64,000 nt of DNA, from NCBI GenBank assembly GCA_963748265.1, contig CAVVIG010000009.1, positions 72,374 to 136,373 of the forward strand, in the 5' to 3' direction. The stretch is from an uncultured Acidobacteriota bacterium (lineage in GTDB: Bacteria > Acidobacteriota > Vicinamibacteria > Vicinamibacterales > CAVVIG01). How positions within the stretch are numbered: the stretch's first letter is position 1; each line of letters opens with the position of its first letter. Below the pieces are notes generated by a model. It saw nothing but the letters and a program-made list of their open reading frames with translations, did not search any database and was not told the origin of the DNA. Position numbers and translations under genes: made by a program. Below are positions 36,930-45,109 of the stretch, piece by piece.

Positions 36930-38636
36930 TTAGGGAAGGGAGGGGTTGTCGAAATCGATTTCCACGCGAACCGGCGCAGACGTCGCGGCAATCGTGCGGC
37001 GCTCCTCGCCGGCCGTCGGGTGCCTGACGACGATCTGATGCGTGCCGAGATCGATCGGCACGTCGACCAGGGGGGCGGCGCCGATATGCGTGCCGTTCAG
37101 CCACACTTGCGCTGGCGCCGCTGCTGTCACTGTTAGCGTCGTCTTGGGCGGCTCAATCGACAGCTTCGTGACCGCGCCCGGCTTCACGTCCACGACTCGC
37201 GAACTGCGATATCCCAGCTCGCGGCTCACGACCACGATTTCGTGCCTGCCCGACGGCAGGAGAGTCTGATGCCGCTCGTCGAACTGCAACACGCGTCCCT
37301 GGGTCTGCACCTCAACCTCGATCGGCGCGAAAATGGCCAGCCAGCCCGGGTAGATTGACGCCTCCACGGTCGCGGTCTGGTCCGTCCTGACTTCGGCCGA
37401 CCGCTGAACCGTGCCGCCGGCACCGTCGATCGTCACGGCGTGGCGGCCTGAAGGGACGTCGGTCAGCATCAACGGCGTGACGCCGCGCGTGCGCCCATCG
37501 ACTGCCACGGTCGCACCTTCCGGGGTTGACGTCACGCGCAGACGTCCCGTCTTCCGGCCCGCGCTCGTCACCTTTTCATGAACCGGTATTCCCGGGCCGG
37601 ACCGCGCCGGTGGCGTTCCAGCATTGGCGCGGGTATTTTCCGGCACCGCCGCGAACCATTCTCCCTTCCGGTTCAAGCCAGTCGCGGTCGTCACGGCCAA
37701 CACCAGCAAGAGCGCCGCGCCGACCGACCGCCGCCATCTCGGGGACGGTTCGCGCTGGCTCAGGACGCGGGGGTCGTCCAGTCTGAAACCAGAGAGCTTC
37801 GCCAGAGTCGCTCGTGCTGCCGCCGGCGCCGCCAGCAGCAGCGCCGCCCCGACCGACCACCACGCCGCGAGCGGCATTCGCGAGCCTTGGCCGGGGCGGA
37901 GTTCGCGGCTGGGTCCCGAGAGCCTCGCCAGACACGCTCGTGCCAAAGCCGGCGCTGTCGCTAACGTCGGCAGCAGCGCTGTCCCGACCGACCCCAGCAA
38001 CCCCGAGAGTGACAACCGCCGGCGCCGGGCCGGCGGTTGTTCGGATCGGCGTCCGGAGAGCCTCGCCAGGCTCGCTCGTGCCGCCGCCACTACTCGCTCC
38101 GTCAGCGGATTCCCAGCCGCCGCCGAGAATTCGCGGAACAGTCCCGCCGAACCTGCGCCAGGGCCGGTTTCTAGATAGTCGCGTATCTCATCGGCGAACG
38201 CGCCAGAATCGGGAGGTCCCTCCGTGGTTCCACCCGACGGTTTGAACCAGTAGAACCATCGAGCGGGTGTGGCGGGCGTCTCGGCAACGGTGGACGCCAG
38301 CAACGGAATAGCCAGCGTGCGGGGATCGTCGGCGTGGGACAGTGCACCCACGCTCAACGCGATTCGGAGTTCGTCAGCGTACGAACAGAAGACCGGGAAG
38401 ACCACGAGGTCAGGGATACGCTGGCTGATAATCGCCAACGCCTCGTCGCACGAGGAGGCAAACACGATCTCGTGCGCGGCCAAGTCGTCGGCCAGTCGCT
38501 GGAGCGCATCGTGATGCTTGAACGCGGGAGCGATTGCCAGGACGAGCGCCACAGAGGTCCTTGAGTGCGAGGGCACACCCGTCCCCCGCCAACAGATTCT
38601 TCCGAAGGCAAGGCTGCCGCCACTGCGGCTTCCCAA
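36930..38636 (-). CDS. Pseudo-receiver-like N-domain / triple basic-hydrophobic repeat / three PEGA-like domains; unknown function
   Basis: Intact 568-codon ORF. The listed start is TTG 38636; GTG 38552 preceded by AAGGA ('VALVLAIAP...') is more plausible. CheY-like strand/helix pattern 'ALVLAIAP..EIVFASS..EALAIISQRIPDLVVFPV..LAIPLLAS..WFKPSG' without the acidic pocket. PEGA-like 'RLRVTSTPEGATVAVDGRTRGVTPLMLTDVPSGRHAVTI', 'LPSGRHEIVVVSRELGY', 'VWLNGTHIGAAPLVDVPIDLGTHQIVVRH'. Confidence 0.6.
   Translation of the reverse strand: MGSRSGGSLAFGRICWRGTGVPSHSRTSVALVLAIAPAFKHHDALQRLADDLAAHEIVFASSCDEALAIISQRIPDLVVFPVFCSYADELRIALSVGALSHADDPRTLAIPLLASTVAETPATPARWFYWFKPSGGTTEGPPDSGAFADEIRDYLETGPGAGSAGLFREFSAAAGNPLTERVVAAARASLARLSGRRSEQPPARRRRLSLSGLLGSVGTALLPTLATAPALARACLARLSGPSRELRPGQGSRMPLAAWWSVGAALLLAAPAAARATLAKLSGFRLDDPRVLSQREPSPRWRRSVGAALLLVLAVTTATGLNRKGEWFAAVPENTRANAGTPPARSGPGIPVHEKVTSAGRKTGRLRVTSTPEGATVAVDGRTRGVTPLMLTDVPSGRHAVTIDGAGGTVQRSAEVRTDQTATVEASIYPGWLAIFAPIEVEVQTQGRVLQFDERHQTLLPSGRHEIVVVSRELGYRSSRVVDVKPGAVTKLSIEPPKTTLTVTAAAPAQVWLNGTHIGAAPLVDVPIDLGTHQIVVRHPTAGEERRTIAATSAPVRVEIDFDNPSLP
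37690..38100 (-). repeat. In-frame tandem triplication (units of about 126-138 bp) inside the PEGA protein gene
   Basis: Plus-strand landmarks gagagcttcgccagagtcgctcgtgctgccgcc (37792), gagagcctcgccagacacgctcgtgccaaagcc (37918) and gagagcctcgccaggctcgctcgtgccgccgcc (38056); also agc..gcgcc...ccgaccgacc recurring at about 37705, 37838 and 37975. Protein units: 'ARASLARLSG..SVGTALLPTLATAP', 'ARACLARLSG..SVGAALLLAAPAA', 'ARATLAKLSG..SVGAALLLVLAVTTA'. Confidence 0.8.
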
Positions 38637-38803
38637 GCAGTAACCGCATCAAGCTATTGCGCAGGAAAGACTTAGAGGGCATAGAGACGCGGGGCACCAG
38701 CTGGACCAGAGGTTCGGAAGGTGCGCTTTTTCGCTCAAGCCAGGCAAAACCGGCATCGGCCGCACCGTTCCGTGCCTGCTTCCCAGCCCGCGTCACCTGC
38801 TCA

Positions 38804-38967
38804 GGAATTAGGATTGGGAGTCAAGAACTGGAAGGCTGGCGTTTCGTTTCCCTACTTCCGTACGCTCGTCAACACAGTTGATGTCGGTCATTCGCCTCTT
38901 GTCGGAGCCAACTTATTTCATCCGTGCGCGCCGCGTTCTTCGTTCTTAGATCGTAATTCCTAATTCC
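38804..38967. repeat. Pair of ~25-nt imperfect inverted repeats bracketing ~113 bp of AT-richer non-coding DNA
   Basis: Left ggaattaggattgggagtcaagaac (38804-38828). The right arm gttcttagatcgtaattcctaattcc (38942-38967) has reverse complement ggaattaggaattacgatctaagaac. It is followed by the small hairpin ccccgaaagggg (38966-38977). It lies in the divergent region between the PEGA protein gene and the methyltransferase gene. Confidence 0.6.
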
Positions 38968-39018
38968 CCGAAAGGGGGTCTAGTCAGCTGAGGGCCGGCC
39001 GGAGTATCCTTCCCGCCT

Positions 39019-39852
39019 ATGAAACCATTCCCCCTCATCCGTCGATCTATATTTGCCCTTTCGTTGTCACTGGTCGCATCCGGCGCCTTCGGGCAGGCGC
39101 AGCCGGCCACTAAGCCGTTTGAGCCGCAGGTTGGTCAGGCCGGCAAGGATGTTGTCTGGGTGCCGACGCCGCAGGCACTGGTCGACCGCATGCTCGACAT
39201 GGCGAAATTGACGCCGCAGGACATTCACATGGACCTCGGGTCGGGAGACGGCCGGACGGTTATCACGGCCGCGAAGCGCGGCGCGACGGCCACCGGCATC
39301 GAATACAACCCGAGCATGGTGGAGCTGTCGAGGCGCAATGCCGCCGCTGCCGGGGTGCCCGCTGGCAAGGCGACATTTACGAACGCCGACCTGTTCGAGA
39401 CCGACCTCTCGAAGGCGACAGTGATCACGATGTTCCTGCTGCCGCAAATCAACATGAAGCTGCGGCCGAAGATCCTCGACCTCAAACCCGGCACTCGCAT
39501 CGTCTCCAACACGTTCACCATGGAAGACTGGGATCCGGACGAGACTTCGACGGTCGGCGACGGCTGCGAGAGCTGGTGTACCTCCTTGCTCTGGATTGTG
39601 CCGGCCAAGGTCCAGGGCACCTGGACGCTGCCGCAGGGTGAGCTGACGCTGACGCAGACCTTTCAGAAGGTTGCAGGGACGCTTAAATCGGGAACGACCT
39701 CCACCCCGATCGCGAACGGCCGGCTGCGCGGAGACGAGATCACCTTCGTCGCCGGCGGCTCGACGTATACCGGACGCGTAAACGGTAACGCCATTCAGGG
39801 CACGATCGCAGGCGCTGGCGCCGGCAAGTGGACCGCGTCGAAAGTCAAATAG
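39019..39852 (+). CDS. Class I SAM-dependent methyltransferase carrying an N-terminal signal peptide
   Basis: Intact ORF: 'MKPFPLIRRSIFALSLSLVASGAFGQAQ' (signal), 'DIHMDLGSGDGRTVITAAKRGATATGIEYNPSMVELSRRNAAAAGV' (motif I DLGSGDG), 'VITMFLLPQINMKLRPKILDLKPGTRIVSNTF', then a ~90-aa C-terminal beta-rich extension. Confidence 0.75.
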   Translation: MKPFPLIRRSIFALSLSLVASGAFGQAQPATKPFEPQVGQAGKDVVWVPTPQALVDRMLDMAKLTPQDIHMDLGSGDGRTVITAAKRGATATGIEYNPSMVELSRRNAAAAGVPAGKATFTNADLFETDLSKATVITMFLLPQINMKLRPKILDLKPGTRIVSNTFTMEDWDPDETSTVGDGCESWCTSLLWIVPAKVQGTWTLPQGELTLTQTFQKVAGTLKSGTTSTPIANGRLRGDEITFVAGGSTYTGRVNGNAIQGTIAGAGAGKWTASKVK

Positions 39853-39865
39853 CCAAATAGCTCGA

Positions 39866-39898
39866 GGGCGGCCCGCGTCCGCGTTCGCGGGCTCGCCC
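39866..39898 (+). terminator. GC-rich hairpin after the methyltransferase gene
   Basis: gggcggcccgcg-tccgcgtt-cgcgggctcgccc (12-13 bp stem with one bulge). No clear U-tract follows. Confidence 0.45.
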
Positions 39899-40032
39899 GT
39901 TGGCTTTCGCGGGCACTTGCAGGCCGGGAACCGACGATGCTCCGCCAGCAGGTCGGTAAACGCGGCGTACGGGACGTGCGCCATATCCTTCAGCGTCGCC
40001 CGGCGGGCAAGAGCAGCCGCTGGCGAGCGGCT

Positions 40033-41139
40033 CTATCCGAGGGCGATTGCCACGACGACAATTGTGCCGGCGACGCCGATAACCTGCCACCAGAGTTCGG
40101 CGCCGCTCTTGAGGGCGACGGTGGCCAGACAGAGGACGAGCGCCGCGGCGAACAACAGGTACCAGTAAAGCTCCTCGTAACCTTCGTCGACGTGAAGGAC
40201 GGGAGCCTGACGTTTGATGCCGGTCAGAATGCTTCGCGCGATGTCGCGATCGGACTCCCGTCCCATCTCGAAATAGTCGCCGCCGCCTGCGCGGGCGATC
40301 GCCTGAAGCGATCCTCGGTCCAGCACGGCCCGGATGTGGTCGGCGGACTGGGTGACGCCCTCCCGGGAAGGCGGCTCCGGGATAAGGCCTCCGGCCGGAG
40401 TGCCCACGCCCACGACGTAAACAGCGACGCCGCGCGCGCGCGCGGCCTTGAGCGCGCCGGCCACGACGCCGCTCCACGCCTGGCCGTCGGAAATCACGAC
40501 GAACGCCTTCGGATTCTTCGTCTTCCCGAACAGCTCCTCGTCCCTGTTCAGCAGCTGCAGTCCCCAGTACACGCCTTCTTCGATGTTGGTGTCCCAGGTC
40601 GGATCGTTCGCCAGGAGAAACGGCGAGTGCTCGCCGAGGTGGTCCAGGAAAAAGAAGAAGGCGTTCGGATCCTTGCTCAGGCGCAGTTGCGGCGCCGCGA
40701 TATGGGCGAACAGCGCCAGCGCGACACGGTCGCCGTTCTTCCACGCCAGCGCATCGGCAAACGTCCGCAGAAACTGGACGGATCGACGCCAGCGGTCCGG
40801 CTTGACGTCGTTGACATACATCGACGCGGATCCGTCCTGCAGGACGACGATGTCGGCACCTGTTCTGACAAGCGCGGTCACCAGCGCCTGCGGACGGGCG
40901 AGCGCGGCAATGCAAAGACTGGCGGCCACCAGCGGGCACAGCCAGAATGCCAGCTCCCCGAGGAGCGAATAGTGTTCGCGGGCCGGCAGTACCTGCTCGT
41001 GCCGGTAGCGGCGGACATCCACGCGCCTGCGGAACACCCGCCAGACCCAGAGGACCGTCAGGATTCCCGGCACGACGAGCAGCCAGAGGTAGAAGGGCTG
41101 GGCGAAGGCGAGCGTGCTCGGATCGATTCCGGTCGGCAT
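40033..41139 (-). CDS. VWA domain-containing membrane protein (BatB-like)
   Basis: Intact ORF. N-terminal TMs 'FYLWLLVVPGILTVLWVW' and 'LAFWLCPLVAASLCIAAL', MIDAS 'IVVLQDGSASM', 'AFVVISDGQAWSG', 'VAVYVVGVGTPAGG', C-terminal TMs. The start is 4 nt after the upstream stop. Confidence 0.85.
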   Translation of the reverse strand: MPTGIDPSTLAFAQPFYLWLLVVPGILTVLWVWRVFRRRVDVRRYRHEQVLPAREHYSLLGELAFWLCPLVAASLCIAALARPQALVTALVRTGADIVVLQDGSASMYVNDVKPDRWRRSVQFLRTFADALAWKNGDRVALALFAHIAAPQLRLSKDPNAFFFFLDHLGEHSPFLLANDPTWDTNIEEGVYWGLQLLNRDEELFGKTKNPKAFVVISDGQAWSGVVAGALKAARARGVAVYVVGVGTPAGGLIPEPPSREGVTQSADHIRAVLDRGSLQAIARAGGGDYFEMGRESDRDIARSILTGIKRQAPVLHVDEGYEELYWYLLFAAALVLCLATVALKSGAELWWQVIGVAGTIVVVAIALG

Positions 41140-41143
41140 CCCC

Positions 41144-41833
41144 TCAGCCCTTGCGTTTGATCGGCTGGCCCTTGCCGGAATCGGCCTTGTCCAGTTCGCC
41201 GGGAGTCAAGGGGACATACGTCTTGAAGTTCTTCATGTCGCCGGCGGCTTTTTCAGGGGTGGCCGCGCTCCCGAGCGGGCTCTCCAATTTGCCGCCGCCA
41301 GGATCTTGCTTGCGGCGTCCCTTCTCGATCTCCTCGCGCAGTCTCAGGAGATATTCGTAGTTGAACGCGGCATCTTCTCGCCGGGTCGAATTTTTCAGGA
41401 CGACGAGATAGCTGTTGATGCCCGCGTTCAGCGCTTCGATCAGGGTGGCGCGGTCCTTCGCCTGAGACTGGTGCGCGCGATACACGGCGTTGGCCACGAT
41501 GAACTGCAGGTCGACGTTGTCGCTCGGAATGGCGCTCGTGGGATCCCCCTGGTCGGGGACAAATGCTTCATACTGGCGTTGCCAGTAGTGCGATGCCGCG
41601 CGGCGGGCGCGCACCTCGTTCAACCGGCGGTGGCCCACTCCGGGGATGCGGCTGGCATACTCGAAATAGCGCTCGGCCCTTTCGAACGTGACGTCCGCCT
41701 CCGCGTATTTCTGCAACGCGACCTCCTGCTGCGCGTGCGCGATGTCACGTTGCAGGAAGCCGCTCGCGAGACACACACCGCCGAGCACCGCCGCAACCAC
41801 CGCCGCCAAAAGGTACCGGATCGCACTCTTCAT
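41144..41833 (-). CDS. Membrane-anchored helical protein of unknown function within the Bat-like operon
   Basis: Intact 229-aa ORF. AAGGAG precedes ATG 41833. 'MKSAIRYLLAAVVAAVLGGVCLASGF' (anchor), then helical repeats ('YAEADVTFERAERYFEYA', 'NAVYRAHQSQAKDRATLIEALNAGINSYLVVL'), then a Lys/Gly-rich tail '...GKGQPIKRKG'. I recognise no family. Confidence 0.5.
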   Translation of the reverse strand: MKSAIRYLLAAVVAAVLGGVCLASGFLQRDIAHAQQEVALQKYAEADVTFERAERYFEYASRIPGVGHRRLNEVRARRAASHYWQRQYEAFVPDQGDPTSAIPSDNVDLQFIVANAVYRAHQSQAKDRATLIEALNAGINSYLVVLKNSTRREDAAFNYEYLLRLREEIEKGRRKQDPGGGKLESPLGSAATPEKAAGDMKNFKTYVPLTPGELDKADSGKGQPIKRKG

Positions 41834-41870
41834 CGCGACGCTCCTTCAGTCCATTGCCGCCAGGGACAGG

Positions 41871-42967
41871 TCACGGAAAGCTGCGGAAGGACCGGAACCC
41901 CAGCTTCAGCACCGCCGCGGTCAGCCACAACGCGATGGCGATCAGCACGTATCCGCCAAACCGGGGACGCTGCACGGTGTATTCGACCGTCTCGATCCGC
42001 CCTGCCGCAAGCTTGTCGATCTCCGCGACGACGCTCAGCAGCGTCTGCTCGTTGGCCGCCGGATAGAACCGGCCACCGGTGCTTTCGACCGCCGGTTTCC
42101 AGATCCTGTCCTCCTTCACATCGCCAAGTTTCATGTTGAATGCGGTCCGAATCATGTAGAGCGGAATTCTGGCCCTGCGCGCGTCGGCCACGATCTCGTC
42201 CATCCGCCGGTCGCCGAGCATCGTCTCGTCGTCGCGCCCGTCGGTGAAGATCACCATCAAATTGCCGGACGCCTGCAGGAAGTCGAACGACTTGAACAAT
42301 TGGGTGCCCTGGTCGATTCCCCGCAGGATCGTCGTGCCTGAATCGTCGAACCGGCCCCAGTTCTTGGGATCGCCGACGAGGCGGATGCTCAGCAGCACGT
42401 TCTCGTAGTCGGTCGTGAACGGCGTGACGACGTACGCCTGGTTGCCGAACTCGATCAGGGCCACGAGATCGCGGTACGGACCGGTCATGCGCAGCTTCAT
42501 GAACCGCTCGGCGGCTGCGATGTTCGTGTAGTACGCCCGGGTATCCTGGGGACGAAGCGTCTTGGTCTCGAATTTCGTGGTCATGCTGGATGACCCGTCG
42601 ATCAGGATCGCGATCCGCCGCCCGGGATAGGTGACCTCCTCGCGCGTGAACGAGGTATGAGGATCGGCCAGGGCCACGGCGAAGAATGGTATCCCGAGCA
42701 GAAACAGCAGGAAGGCGAGATGACGCAGCGCCGGCAATACGATCGCCGCATGGCCGGCAGGATCGCCGGCAGCCCGATGTGGGTGCGTCCCGCGTTTCGC
42801 GACCGCAGGCCGCGCGCGAGGAGCATCAGCAACGAGATCGCCAGCAGGACGGCGAACACGAGCAACGTCGTCCGGGCTTGGGTGAAGTGGAGATCGTTCC
42901 ATCGGAGGCGGACCCATTCGGTCAGCGTGCCGCGGATGCCGACGAGCAGATCTCTCAGCGTGATCAC
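41871..42967 (-). CDS. VWA domain-containing membrane protein (BatA-like), 1 frame change near 42700
   Basis: 'VITLRDLLVGIRGTLTEWVRLRWNDLHFTQARTTLLVFAVLLAISLLMLL' (ORF 42602-43027) then 'LRHLAFLLFLLGIPFFAVALADP...RRIAILIDGSSSM...LMVIFTDGRDD...IPLYMIRTAFN...GGRFYPAANEQTLLSVVAEIDKL' (ORF 41871-43352). The GTG 42967 overlaps the upstream stop (GTGA). Confidence 0.85.
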
Positions 42968-44178
42968 CCTGCCGCTCCCCGTCTGCCGACCGACTTGACC
43001 AGCGCGTCCGCCGTGCGGACGGGCCATCGCGTCGTGAATCGCATGCGTCGCAATGCCGTTTCGCCGCGAGCCAGGGCGGTGTCGAGCGCGGTGTTATCGA
43101 GCTGGCCGTTCCGCCTGTAGTGAGCGGCGTTGAAGACGAGCAGCGATTCACGGATCTCACCGAGCGCGACTCGGAGGCGTGGGCCAGGAGCCGTGCCGTT
43201 GGCCAGCTGCCTGGCGATGGCGTCAGCGGTGGTCGGCGCCGACACGAGCGTACGTTTGCGAGAGAGCAGGCTCTTGCGGACCTTGAGCTGCCCGGTCCGG
43301 CCTTCAACGTCCCGATCGACCGTCGTCTGCGCCACGCGCCGTCCGAGGGCAACCGCTCCGGCGATGCGAAGGAGCGCCAGAGCGCGGCCCACCATCTCGT
43401 CGGTCCATCCTTCGCGCGCCACGTCAGACTTCAGCAGGTCGAGGCTCTGAACGCAGCCGCGCAGCACGGCCGCCGCCGGCAATGGTCGCCTTTTCGTGGG
43501 TGCGCGCTCCATGTACCGGCCCACCATCTTGCGGGCCGACAGCCCGAGCAACACGACGGCAAATGCGAAAAACACGCCGGCGGCCGCGAGCGCAGTTCTC
43601 GCCTGCGAAAGCCGGATCTCGATATCGCCGAATGTCTCGGTCGATCCGTCGCGGATGTTGCTGGCGTTCTTCGAGACGAGCGACTGAACCCGCATCGGCA
43701 ACGCGGGGAGCACAATCGTCTGATCGCGGCCATCGGCTTCGCCGGTGGTCGCCGACCGCAGCCCGTAGGTGATCTTCAGCGCGGGGATGTCGACGTCCTG
43801 ACCGAAGAAGGTCTCGCCGAGCAGCCGCAACCGGTATTCACGCTGGAAGTAGCGCCAGGGCGGGTCCTGGATGTCTTCGTGAGAGGTGCCGGAGAGCACT
43901 TCGAACGGCGCGAGCGCCAGCGCCGTCGGCTCGAATTGTTTGGCATCGGCCGCGACTTTGGTCCGGTTGTTTTCGGCCACCCCGCACGTCAGCGTGAGCG
44001 CGAACTGCTCGCCGATGAGGACGGCGTCCTTGTCGGTGTGCCACCAGCATTTGATCGACTCGGCGGCCGCGTTCGCCGAGGCCGGGGTCTGCTGGGCGTC
44101 CAGCCGCGCGAGCCATGCGCCGCACATCAAAATGGTCAGGAGGACCCGTCGACGGCCAAGACAACACCTGCTGCTCAT
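42964..44178 (-). CDS. BatD-like architecture: signal peptide + extracytoplasmic domain + single TM + ~185-aa cytoplasmic helical domain; unknown function
   Basis: Intact 404-aa ORF: 'RRRVLLTILMCGAWLARLDAQQ' (signal), 'IKCWWHTDKDAVLIGEQFALTLTC', 'IVLPALPMRVQSL', TM 'LAAAGVFFAFAVVLLGL', then an Arg/Ala-rich helical region. Its position between DUF58 and VWA genes matches the Bat operon layout as I recall it. Confidence 0.5.
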   Translation of the reverse strand: MSSRCCLGRRRVLLTILMCGAWLARLDAQQTPASANAAAESIKCWWHTDKDAVLIGEQFALTLTCGVAENNRTKVAADAKQFEPTALALAPFEVLSGTSHEDIQDPPWRYFQREYRLRLLGETFFGQDVDIPALKITYGLRSATTGEADGRDQTIVLPALPMRVQSLVSKNASNIRDGSTETFGDIEIRLSQARTALAAAGVFFAFAVVLLGLSARKMVGRYMERAPTKRRPLPAAAVLRGCVQSLDLLKSDVAREGWTDEMVGRALALLRIAGAVALGRRVAQTTVDRDVEGRTGQLKVRKSLLSRKRTLVSAPTTADAIARQLANGTAPGPRLRVALGEIRESLLVFNAAHYRRNGQLDNTALDTALARGETALRRMRFTTRWPVRTADALVKSVGRRGAAG

Positions 44179-44184
44179 GATCCC

Positions 44185-45109
44185 TCACGACACCTTCCGG
44201 AGCCGCCGCTCAGCCACGAACTCAACGAGGATCGTCTCCATCTCCCAGCGGTCCAATCCCACGCGCACGATGTCGAGTCCCGCATCGCGCGCCAGGCGGG
44301 CAGATCTCGGCCTGCCACTCTTCCACTCTGGCGCCGAGGCGCTGAAACTCCCGGCGGGACACGACCCGCGTGCGGCCGGTTTCGATGTCGAGAACGTCGA
44401 TCCACCCGGCCGATCCCGGCGCAGGGAGCTGATATGCGAAGCGCCCGTCGACCATTATCAGGAACACGTCGTGCGTGGCGTTCAGGAGGGACACCTCCTT
44501 GATGAATCGGGAGGCGTCGGCGAACAGAAAATCCGAGATGATCGGGACGAGCGAGGTCTTGCGGAGATGCCCCGCGATCGTGGCCGTAACCGAAAGCGCA
44601 TGGGCCGGTTCGACGACCGGCTGCCGATTTTGGTACAAATCGAGGCAATACGAGACGTGTGTCTTTCCGATCCCTGGCCGCGCGGCCGCGACCTGGTGGC
44701 CGTGCTCGTCGAAGGTGAGGAGGCCGAACAGGTCTTGGAACAGGACGGCCGACATGCCCACCGTCGCCACGGATCGCGCAATCGCGACGGCGATCGACGA
44801 GCCGTGGGCGCCGCAGCGCGTCGACAGGGACGCATCGGCGACAGCCATGATCGTGGCGTTGCTGTTCTGCTCGAACTCCCGCGTGATCATGGGGCTGAAG
44901 TTGGTCAGCGACGATTGCGCCCAGTCGATTGACGAGAGCCTGTCGCCCGGCTCCCAGTCGCGGAGGCCGACGAAATTGAACCCCGGCCCCTTGAACGCGC
45001 TCGCGTGACCGCCCAGCGTGAACTCCCGCATGCGCTTCAAGATGAACAGCTCGATCTCGGCGATGTCCGCCAGGCTGACCAGCGGTTCGGCCGACTGCGC
45101 GTACATCAT
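44185..45109 (-). CDS. DUF58 domain-containing protein, 1 frame change near 44300
   Basis: ORF 44222-45370: 'FKGPGFNFVGLRDWEPGDRLSSIDWAQSS', 'TIMAVADASLS', 'LVPIISDFLF'. The tail '...LDIVRVGLDRWEMETILVEFVAERRLRKVS' is my own translation to TGA 44185-44187. The ATG 45109 overlaps the MoxR stop (ATGA). Confidence 0.85.

Noticed and set aside
39845-41160. ORFs 39845-40939 (minus, 364 aa) and 39937-41160 (plus, 407 aa)
   Set aside because: They are alternative-frame or antisense shadows of the intact VWA gene 40033-41139. That gene has a MIDAS motif, TM segments and tight coupling to its neighbour.
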